Shown here piece after piece: positions 52,895 to 64,000 of a stretch of DNA of 64,000 nt. The stretch covers positions 186,001 to 250,000 of the forward strand of contig NW_026857342.1 in the NCBI RefSeq assembly GCF_026571515.1, in the 5' to 3' direction. Source of the DNA: Ruditapes philippinarum (taxonomy: Eukaryota). The notes beneath the pieces are model-generated. The model did not search any database. It worked only from the letters and a program-made list of their open reading frames with translations, and was not told the DNA's origin. The position numbers were made by a program, and so were the translations under genes. Position 1 is the first letter of the stretch. The number at the start of each line of letters is the position of its first letter.

Positions 52895-53225
52895 ATTGTC
52901 TCGGAACTTTTTTCTTACCTAGATTTAATACAAAATAACTCATTTAAAATAGCATTAACAAAATTTCGATTATCGTCTCATGATTTTATAATTGAAAAAG
53001 GAAGACACCTCAATATCCCAAGAAATGAACGAATATGTTAGAAATGTAATATAAATATAATACATGTAATAGAAAACGAGTATCATGTTATTCTAGTGTG
53101 CCAAAAATATAATGATTTACAAAAAACTATTTCAATCCTTATTTTTGTAACTGGCCTGCAAAACAAAAGTTTATTTCACTTATTGCTTTGGCCTCTGCTC
53201 AAACTATTAATGTTAGTAAATTAAT
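52895..53225 (+). mobile_element. LINE 3' fragment (CCHC knuckle region), degenerate
   Basis: ALTKFRLSSH..IEKGRH..PRNERIC*KC...ENEYHVILVC..YNDL. Confidence 0.8.
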
Positions 53226-55734
53226 TTTTAAAGCTTCTTAATAACAATAATTTCCAGGCTTGAATATTGTTAAGAAACCATTTTTGACAGATGTTTTCTA
53301 ATATTTATGTTCACCTTATCACAGAAAATGTTAAAATGTAAGAGATATTTTTTACAAAATACTTTGCTACACATGTACTTGCCATTATAAATTAGTATAA
53401 TATGCGATTTGATATGGCTATGAATGCTATAACATTTTTATGCTTAATTAACATTATGTTATGCTATATATTATGATCTAAGAAAAATGGTATGTCGTGG
53501 AAATTCATCATGAACTGGACGTATGATTCATTAGATCCAATATTATAAATATTTTCATATAAAATCTCATTCTGTATTACGTATAATACAGTTGGAAAAT
53601 TTGTTTTTCTAAGTTTAGATAACAACGCAGAATAATACGAGAGGAACTGACTGCTTTATTTTGAAACAAACTGGTCTTTACAGAAAAAGTAAATAATTGA
53701 GTCAGTTAACGAAGACAAAGGTGAATAAAAAGGAATTGACACTAAAAATGTATTTAATAAGGAAGCTTTGCTTAGGGTGTAGGCGTCAGAGAAATAAGTA
53801 TATGTTACGAATACTGCACACATTTTTGTCTTTCAATATTTACTTTACTTAAAACTTCATGTGACATCAAAATCATGGCATCATGTTAAAATTTTTATAG
53901 ACATGTCAATGTGATATTGCCATTCCGTTTCTACAATTAAATGCATTTTAGAGATGTAATAATGTAAATTAATATTATCACATTTTACAAATTGAATGTC
54001 AACTTCAAGAGACAGATACTTGCGTGAACATGCCAGTCCATTTGATAACTTTACATATGCGTTTCTCTCTTTAATTAAGAACAAATTGCATTGAGAATTA
54101 TAACCACGAAACCTTTTGACGGACCTTCAATGTGAGATTAAAAGATTACAGCGTTTACTTGTTTTCAATTGATGAATGTATGCAATATAATGTAGCAAAT
54201 TTCCACCTCGTATATTGCCTTTAAATTTTATTTGAACGACTTTGTTTAAAGTAAGATACTAAATTTTAAGTATTAACGGAATGCCGTATACCGAGTGATT
54301 TCAAAGTGACAAACGTTTATGTATAAAAGTTTTTTTAACGTGACTTTATATTGTTTTGTTTATCTTTTATTGTTTAATTCTCATTTGCATCTGTTTTTTG
54401 AAAAGTATCTTTTTTTCACTTACTCTAATATTTTTTATATGACCGATAGGCGGATCAACGACCTGTTTCTACATAATCCAATTACCTCATTTTCTTGAAC
54501 CCCAAAGGTTTTTGAAACATCTGCGTTCGTCACATCTAACAAGTCATTGTTCACTGAGAGTTATTATTCATAATATTACCGATCTCTACATAGTCTGGTG
54601 ATAGATATGAAGCAAAAACAGAAGCACTAGTACACATTATTATTAAACTCCAAACGATGCAAATAATTTGACAATTATGTGTTTTGCGTAATATTGTATT
54701 TCCTAAATCGATTTTTAACATTTTGATAACATTGTTCATATTTGGGAAATAATGCTTTAAGGCTTCAACATGGTTATATGTTCATTTACTCTATTTTAAG
54801 AACTGTGTTCTGTAATTTAGTTGTTTGAATTGACAGTTTAACTAGTTACAGAGCTGTATTGAAACAGGAACAGTGAATTTTTAATGAGGCTTCTAGCCTA
54901 GGTGCAAATGAACTACTTCGTATGATTAAAATGTTTTACGTACAGCAAGTGCATATTTCATTTCGGTTTGTCGAATGGTACAAATTTGTTATATATTTGT
55001 ACAATTTTGCAATTAACTTTTTATCATGGTTCTTGTAACATATGTGATAATAGCTTTGGCGAATACAAAATTATGAAGAAAAAATTGTTTAGCTATTTAA
55101 ACTAAGTCTGAATTTCTTAATTTATATAACTGGGTATTTTTTATTTTGCTTGAAAAATAAAACAGATTGACTACAGATTGACTTTTTTCTACAATTTTGT
55201 CTGAATTTCTTTCCTTTTTTATCAGAAACGTTATAGTTATTAACACATCGTTAGTTAATGCAAGTTTTGTAAATATTGCAAAAATACGCTTATGTAAAAG
55301 TTGAAATTAATATCTTACAACATGTTATAATCAAACACAGATTTATGTTAGCAAAACTCATATTTTCATTAAGCAAACAAATTAAGATCAAACGATTTAC
55401 TAACTGAACAAAAGTAAGCCATTACATATTATGCATCATTCAAATAAACATTTCTTGCCATAATCTTCACATTAGACTTAGTGATTAGAATATATTTTTT
55501 TTTAATTTTGATTGATTTTCCAAGGTTATCAATCTAAAAAACATTAAGAACAGACAAAAAAACACAAGACTTTAAAATACAGAATTTAAAATTCTGCACA
55601 CAAGTGTAGCAGGTTTCTAATTTGCTACATGAATTTGTAGCTTTGGCATATATTTAGGTGCAAGACACAGATAAATTGGTGTTTTGTTAGTTCTGTATAC
55701 TATCAATGAAAAGGCCGTTATAGGCTTTCTTTAA

Positions 55735-56082
55735 AGATGTACAAGGCTAATCTTTTAGTAAAATATTTTTGTCGCAGAAATTTATTGAAATCTGTGAAAT
55801 TCATACTGGATATGTCTAATTTGAATAATAGAATACATAAAATGAGTATGGAAAGCTGCATTCCATATAACAGGTCAAGTAAAGTTGGTCATTTCTTAAA
55901 AAAAACTGCCAGTTTTTTTAACGACACTGTGTATTCATACTGTATTTACCTATAGTGTGTAGAGTTTAAAACATAACATATGCAATATTTGTGTATTCGA
56001 AACATGTTTATTTTACATATAAAAAGAGAATGTGCAGAAATTATCACTAAATTCAACTAACAAATTTGAGCCTAGTATATCT
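55735..56082. mobile_element. MITE with TTAA TSD (Kolobok-like)
   Basis: TIRs AGATGTACAAGGCT / AGATATACTAGGCT; TTAA on both sides; empty site GCTTTCTTTAAGATTTC at ~25545. Confidence 0.85.
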
Positions 56083-59000
56083 TTAAGATTTCAATTTTCG
56101 ACCCGTATACTTTCAGTACGAATGTACCGTAATTGATTACAGAACATTAAGAAACAGTCTTAATTATGAAGCAATTTCCCCGTTTGTAGCTATTTCTGTT
56201 CATAATTATACCAATTCTTAAGGAGAATTGTAGCACATTTGCAGTATGTGCGTCTGCTACGTCAGATGTCTAATGATTTTTTACACATGAAACAAAGATT
56301 AACATACATAGCCTTATTAAATGATACATCTGAAATAGAATAAAACATAGACAAAGCGTCCGGATGTCTGATGCATGGTCAAGGAAACAGTGTCATGTAG
56401 ATAACAAAATTGATTTGCCTTATATTATGGTGCAAGCAAGAGACATTACTAAAAAAACTAGTCAAATGTGTATCGTACAATTTTTCTTCTGATGGTATTT
56501 ATAAAATAAATAACATGAAAATACATTCATAATATTACATTAACAATAACACTGAAAATAAGAATATTTGTTTGTTTGTGTGTTTGATGCTGAGGCACAC
56601 AGGCACTGTTTTGTCCATACGGTTAACTGGTTGGGGAGGACAACATTGACGTGAAAACTTTGATTGATACAATTGCACCATTTATAGATTAAAGTTGTCG
56701 TGAAAGTTCACGGTATACGATCTCATTTACAGTGATGCTATAACTCCTAAATATATATTTTTACCTGAATATAGTTTACTCTTTAAAAGGTTAATATAAT
56801 ATTTATAAAACTCCTTGAAAATATGTAAACATTATGCTCCTTTTATTATGTAAATCTTTATTTATGCTAAAAGCATGATTTTGTACATCTCTTTGGTGGG
56901 AACATTGACTACAAATGCTTGAGAATTTATTGGAAAACTGTTCAGATAAAATTGTTTTTAATAAAAGACTGTTGGAATTCATTAAAGTTAAAAGTAAAAT
57001 GTGATACTCTACAACATTATGCCCATCCAATTTTATATAATTATTTAAGAGGCCAAATTCAAAATATGTTTACATTTTTCCAGAATTCCTTTAAATTTTA
57101 TGATTTGCTATGCATAACAATATATAACCCACGTAACCGAAAGACATTTCTATAAATATCCATCGGAAATTACCTGTAACATGCAATTGATAAAAAAAGA
57201 TTGGGCAATCTTTTTACATTTATGTCAGATCTATATTTTAAACTAAAGACCTTCAAAAATATCGATCAATTTTTTGAAATATATTGACATTTCAGGTGAA
57301 CTTGATAATGAAAAAAATGAGCATAATGTCACTTTAAATTAAAGATAAGATATTTTAAGTATTTTTACCAAAGATTGTTTCACTCTTTCAAGCATAAATT
57401 ATTTCGACTTTGTCTATAAATAGTTTAAACATTTTAAAAGAAAAACTGAACCAAAATAGGATAAATAATCCGTTGACACGGTATGAATATGTTATGTAAC
57501 AAAAATGAGAATGACCAGAAGCATGTGGGAAATTTACAGTGAATATCCTATCTCAGAAACGATAGATTTTGTATTAATTTAATTTGATCTTGTATTGAAC
57601 ATGCATAATACTAGCATTCATTCGGCCGGGACAACGTTTCTAAAATAAGATGTCAAACTTTAACTGATTCCTCAATATTTTGCCGTCAGTTTATTACTTG
57701 CATTAAATTGAATAATAAGCAAGGTTTTATCTCAGACTGATAATCTGGGCTAAGAAGTCTTCGTGCGTACTCGAAATTTCATAAAGTAACAACACTCAAT
57801 ACAAACATTTGGCGCCATTCTAGCAACCATACTTTCTATTTACATTAAAACATATCATTACATGCTGTTAAAACTACCTTTCAGAGATTGCTGTTTTAAA
57901 ATTTATTATATAAAGAACTTGTTTTACACCAACATTGGTATTTTGTTTAAACTTCAATGCACATAATGTTATTAGATTACAACGAAAAAACTCTAACGTG
58001 CTGAAAGAAAACCAAATCACTTTGTGATGTTAGGCCGACAAAAAGTTTCTTAGAATCTCTGAATATAATGTGGATATTTTGTTTTACAAACATAATGCAA
58101 TCAACGCATTCATTTAAATGGTTTCAATCTTTTAATTATTATAGATATAACTATGTATTTACATGGCGCTATGTTATCAAAAGGGAAGGACGTGTGGTCT
58201 ATGTAAGTTTCGTTTGCAATTTCGTTAACGTTTAATGTGCAATAATGTAATTATAGATTTTTTTTTATAATATCTAGATCTCTTGGACATAAATATGACA
58301 GTTTGGATGAAGATATCATATGCAAGTTTCCTTTGTCTACCAAAATGTACGAATTATTTACCGTTTCATTGTCTTCAAAGAGACATTAGAAGTAAAATGA
58401 TTTGATCTCTTAAAAATATTCAAAAATATTGGCAGCACAATATGTGAGTAAATATGCTTATTTTACGTAGAATTGTAGTTTAGTAATTTAGGCGGCATCT
58501 TTTCTTACCGCTTCATTATTTATCAACTATTCTACAAGGACATCAAAATATGTTGAAATGTCAACAGACAAGAACTTCCTTTAAGTTGATCATTCTCATA
58601 AATAGCATAAATTTAAACATATGAAGCAGACAGAAATCAAATCCTTGACGAAAGTCCAAACGGCAAAATTGAAATATTGCAGGCTCGGTTTGATAACAAT
58701 ATTGGAAAGTGCAATCAAATTTTAACGCCTACTAGCACCCGCTTGATCAAAATTTGATGGCAATTTTGGTCGTTCATCCTAGTTATGGCGCTATTTTAAC
58801 GCTATCTCTTCCTAGCGCGGAAATTACAACTGACCGTCCAAAAGGGCGATCGGAGTTTATAACATAGTTTTGTATTTGTGATGAAGCATTTTCTATCCAA
58901 AAGAAATAAAAAACACAAAAAAATGAAATCAGTACAATATATGTATATTTATGCTTTAAAATGACTATAAAAATGCATGTAAATCTAGCGTGAAATAGTT

Positions 59001-59271
59001 TGATTAATAGTAAACACCAAATAACAATTCATACCGACAATTTAAAAAAAATAAAATGTGTTTATATCTGTAAAGTCGAGTTTTTATTTATTCTATGTAT
59101 TCTAACATGCAAAAATTGTATCCAATACACGATGCAATATTGAATAAGCAGTCATAAATGTACTATAATTCAATTATACCTTTGCTGACCAATCTAATAA
59201 ATCAAGAGAACGAAATTAACAGAACCTTAGTTTTATGCCGCCCACAAACTTTTTGGAACATTATATTATGA

Positions 59272-59400
59272 GTTATAAATATTTTTGACAGGTTATATGG
59301 CCCTATATAAACGGCTGTTTGGAAATATGAACCGAGCCGCAAGGCGAGGGTTTTATTGCAAACAACCGTTTAGTCATAACCTGTCAGGAATATTTATAAC
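59272..59400. repeat. Fold-back (long imperfect hairpin) element; paralogue with deleted centre at ~28807-28885
   Basis: GTTATAAATATTTTTGACAGGTTAT...AAACGGCTGTTTG...GCC-GCAA-GGC...CAAACAACCGTTT...ATAACCTGTCAGGAATATTTATAAC; absent from the unit copy at ~48980. Confidence 0.75.
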
Positions 59401-62400
59401 GAATTTATAAATTTATAATTTTTTTAGAAAAATGTAAGATTTCTTAGAAAATTGACATCAGCCGTGTATACAAAACTATACAAAAGTCATAATTATCCAA
59501 TAAAAAGTGACGTTACAAACGTGTAGTAGTATAAATGTAAACATAAATAATTTAAAGTTTCTCTTATGGAAGACATTTAGTAAATCTTAGTTATTGTTTT
59601 AACAAATTTCCCACTTGTGGTTATATCTGGTCATAAAATGCGCCAGTACCAATTTTAGAGCATTATATTTAGCAAGATTGCTGAATGTATGTCTGTATCG
59701 TAGGAAGTTTAAAGAGCTTTTAACACATCAAACAAAGATAAACATATGTTGTCTCATCAATGAAAGTTACAGAGAATAAAACATAGATTAAGCGTCGAGA
59801 GGTCTAATGCATGACAATGAAACAGGTCTATGTAGATAACAATATTGATTTGCCAGTACTAGAGAGAGAGATACAGTGGTGTGCATATTCGTCGTAGATA
59901 GGTACTTGAAAAATAACCCATTTGTCGCCCTCTTTCGTTTTCGGATCGATAAAACCACTTTACTTACCTTGAACAGCTTTTGTTGTTGTTATTTGAATGA
60001 ATACTCGTTTACTTTTAAACATGAACATTTGCAATTTGTTAGTTACTAAATGTGCAAAATGTATTAATATGGTAGATGCTATTTAAAAGGTAAATAAAAT
60101 CAAATCTACACGGTAAAAGTATTTCATATTTGACAAGATCAACCAAATGAATATACTTATGAAAAATTTTAAACATTGAAAACAGCCCCCCATTTCCGTC
60201 AATGTTTAACATTGCGTCCTTCGTTTTAACGACTTGCTCTCTTTTGTTGTTAAATTCCATCTTATTTTTAAATTATTGTGCTTATGTGAACATTTTAAAA
60301 ATGAAATTTTCTCAGCCTTGCTATTTTAATTAACAAAATAAAGCAAGTTTTAAAGTTTGAATAAACGATATTCCTTAAATCACACAATTACTGTCCAACA
60401 TTAAGATATTTATAATAATTATTTGCTTATCGCGAAATCGTTTTGAAAGTCAGATAACACAAAACACATATTTGAAGACGTATAAGAGCCTAACAATTAT
60501 ATCACTTAAATGTGTTCAAAGGTTTCAAATCAAGGCAATAATTATAAACGTTCAATGTTTTTCATTTGGCGCCAGTAAAGCAATTATACTTGTAACAACT
60601 CATTTAAAGATATCATTAGCTGAGACATTTTTGCATTCAAGAAAGAAACACTTGATTGAAAGCTTGATTTATACATTTGTGTTGATTCCCTCTTTTTGGC
60701 CATTAATGAAATGCCATATAACTATATCAAATTATAGGCAATTCAGTTTATCCTAATATTCCCTAAACGATTTTATGAAACTTCTAAATGCTGTTGTTTT
60801 TTTTTTCTTTAAATGTGTAGCCAGTTTGATCACTTATTATATAAAATATGTGATAGTGATTATTGCCTATTTGTATTCTAAAATAGAGACAGTATACATT
60901 TTTATATTAGTAGCTTTACGAAAGAATAATCTAAGAACCCAACAGACTTAAATATTATAGTGATAATAGATGTGTCAATTTACCACTTTTCATAATTGTA
61001 GGTAAAGTAAACGTATTTGTGCAAACATTTGAGAAACAACCAAAATGAGTTTTTCGGAGTTTTCTTGTTGATGATGTTTAGGGGTTTTTAGTTAGGTGTC
61101 ATACATATTAATTTAAAATAATGCCTTTTCTGTATTTAAACTAAATCATAAGGTCATACAGTGACTGATATGTTTTTCTATAAGTCGGCAACTTTTCCTG
61201 AAATATACGTACTTTACAATGAATTTGTCACAAACGGAATGTATGAAATTATATGATTCATACATGTTTTTTTGCTTCGTGTATCAAGTATTTTTTTTCT
61301 CTTTATTTGTACGCCAAGTTTAACACATTTTTGTTCATATCTCAATGATTGGCCCTCGTAATATGATTTCCCTGTTAACTAACTAGTAATTATCAATCCT
61401 CCGATAAAAACCAATTTTTAACTTGCCCGATGATCTAACCAGGGACCGCAAGGTTACAAATTTCACTATTGAGCTATGTTGTGTATTTAGATTTTGTTAT
61501 GTAGTTACATCTGTATTTTTCTAATTTCTTAAATAACTCCGACAAATCAGAAGTTAGGAAGTTGAAGTCTAAAATCGAGTGTTATAAACATTGGCTATAT
61601 GACTGTCCATGTTCAAAATTTCAAAGTAACATACAGACCTTCTTATATGGTGAAAATACATGCTGGCGTAACTAACATTTATGAATCGGTCGCCATTTTG
61701 TGAAGTGTGCAACTATTTTACGTTCATTCTCTTGGTTAACGTGCTTAAGGGACTTCTTTTTGACATGGTTGAACATAATATTCTTTATAATTCAATACCG
61801 TTTGATGAACACCAAGACCAACAACTTTCTTTTCTTTAATTTCAGATCATTTGTTAATCCGTTTTACAAAAATAAAGTGCAAAATTATCTGAAACACATA
61901 AACGTTTTAAACAAGTTTAACTGAAATCTTACAAGGACTTATGTTTTTATATAATGTCGTACATGTTATTTATTTCTGTTAATATATTCGTAAAATTAAT
62001 ATAGTCTTCTACCTTTATGTCAAATGCAAATTACTAAGCTTTTGAAAGATAAATCGACCTAGTGTCATTGTTTAAAATTTCAGATAAAATCGGAATCATT
62101 ACTACGTGTTTGAAAAATTCTATGTGCTACAATTTGTCGCAGATAATAGATACGAATCAATTATGTTCATTTATAAGGTTTTGTCAATGAAATGAAGACA
62201 AATGGAGAACGATTTCTCCACAATTACTTAATTCTATTCCATCGATAAGATTATGTGATTTTATACCGTGACAAAATCTAAACTGTTTAATGAAATACCG
62301 GACATTAAAAAATTATCTCGTTGGATCACGTCGTTTAAATCAATTAAGGTGACAATTGATCATGCAATCAATCTATAACACATCCTTCTTAAAGGAATAC

Positions 62401-62604
62401 TCGGGCAAATTAATTACAAAAATATCAACATGATATTTTGAACTCAAACTACGCTAAAATAACACTTTTAAAACCCCAGTATAAATTTTTGTATTGAATT
62501 CTATATAGTTTGGGTTTGAAACGTAAATAGATCTATTATATATGTTGAACACATTTAGAAGCCGACCGAATCACCAAGAAGTGTTAAAACAAATTTTGTG
62601 ACCG

Positions 62605-62670
62605 TCTTTGAACAGGCTCAAATAAACCGAGCCTACAACACTTTCAGTTTTGTCGTGTTGTGTGTTCTTT
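62605..62670 (+). mobile_element. Degenerate family-1 copy
   Basis: TGAACAGGCTCAAATAAACCGAGCCTACAACACTTTCAGTTTTGTCGTGTTG. Confidence 0.7.
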
Positions 62671-64000
62671 ATCCGTGTTTACGGTCATTTCGTGAATAGT
62701 TTACCCATACAAACTTATGAATGCCAGAACTAAAAATGTAGAAGTTTGAAGACAAACAAGTGCATAATCACATTATGACCTAAATGGATTCAAAAATGTC
62801 TAAATAAGACAATTATTTCAAACATTCATCGTTCGATATTTGACATCGGAATAGCAATCATATTTTAACAGCTCAAAGGAAAAAACATCATTTGCTGCGA
62901 CAAAAGTAAAACGGAGTAATATTTTCTTTAAATAACAGCCACTTTTCACTTGCTGTGACTAGTGCCAAATTATTTTCAAAACTTTCTGTCAATATTTTTA
63001 CTGTTATCAATTCATTTATTTACTCAAAATATTGACAAGCAATCAATATAAATAGTGTTACATGTACATGTACGCAGTGAAACAAGTCTATTAAAAGTAC
63101 GGATTTATTAAGAACTTCAGATAATACTATCGAATAGTACGCTCCTTTTTTCGTCATTTTGCTCTCTTGTCTGATAAATAATACTGTAAAAATAGTCTAA
63201 GAATTGTAGTTTTGTCTTACATCTTTAAATAACGACACTGTACCACATTCAACGGTAGAGAATTTGTCTTATTATAGTGTATGTGCTAAACAGGGTTTTG
63301 CAATTTTTTTTCAATAAAAAACCTAATTCGGTTTACGTATATCACAGTTAGCAGGTTTGATTTGCTAAGCTTTTATTTCTACGTAAGTTAATACGAGTAA
63401 AACTGACAGCTTAATTTGGAAACAAACTATTCTTTACAGGGACTGTGAATAATTGATACAGTTAACGAACACACTAAGGTGATTTAAATGAAATTGTCAC
63501 TAAAAATGTGTTTTAATTAGGAAGCTTTGCTTAGGGTGTAGGCGTCAAAAGAATTAGTATATGTTTCGAATTCTTTGTGTTCTGTTCTACGATTTATCCA
63601 AATACTTGCACTTCTTTATTGTGTTTGCTGTAATAAATAAACAATAAATTTACTGTTTTGACTGTTGATCCAGATATCAAAATTCTGCACATCCAACAGT
63701 CCATTAAAACATCGTTAGTTAATGTAAGCCTTGTAAATATTGCAAAATACGCTTATGTAAAAATTAAAATTATATCTTACAACATTTTTAATCAATAACA
63801 GATTTAGGTTACCAAAAATAATATTTTCATTAAGCAAACTACTTACGATCAAACGTTTTCACTAACTGAACGTATGTAAGTAATTACATATAAATTCAAA
63901 TAGAATTCCTTGCCATAACCGTCGCATTACACGTAGTGATTAGAATATGAAGTTGTTTTATTTTGTCTGATATTTAAAAGGGTTTAAATCTTAATTAAAA

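Larger units (their letters stand above)
17640..64000. repeat. Degenerate tandem segmental duplication, ~10-kb unit
   Basis: Anchor GGCGCCAGTAAAGCAATT at 19914, 30193, 50143, 60568 (spacings 10.3, 20.0, 10.4 kb; the 20.0 kb falls to ~10.1 kb after removing two LINEs and the Sola2). GAAACATCTGCGTTCGTCACA at 24153, 46429, 54514. TATCTCAGACTGATAATCTG at 17945, 27080, 57728. Confidence 0.9.

Noticed and set aside
62389-62930. Third TTAA MITE starting TTAAAGGAATACTC
   Set aside because: No matching right TIR found, although unit homology does break at this point.

Overview
AT-rich (about 30% GC by eye), intron-containing eukaryotic DNA. The SINE, LINE, Penelope-like (PLE) and DNA-transposon repertoire points to a mollusc, probably a bivalve (inference). 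I find no intact host gene. The window contains: (i) a decayed tandem array of ~10-kb units (four clear anchor copies, ~17.6 kb to the window end, older pieces at 0.6-1.9 and 14.8-16.5 kb), whose paralogues give empty sites for later insertions; (ii) two TIR/TSD-bounded DNA transposons, an Academ deletion derivative (2993-7886) carrying a 55-bp minisatellite and a Sola2-type element (36772-43222) whose spliced transposase gene also carries an OTU deubiquitinase-like domain; (iii) CR1-group LINE fragments, two tRNA-derived SINEs and TTAA-type MITEs; (iv) PLE (Naiad-type) 3' fragments plus about a dozen copies of a short retroposed element. That element has a two-hairpin core with compensatory base changes and conserved loops, and one copy is a 283-nt monomer with a 71-bp terminal redundancy but no hammerhead core. 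The structured RNA module and the transposase-OTU arrangement are the best candidates for something undescribed. Family assignments rest on motif recognition from memory; no database searches were run.
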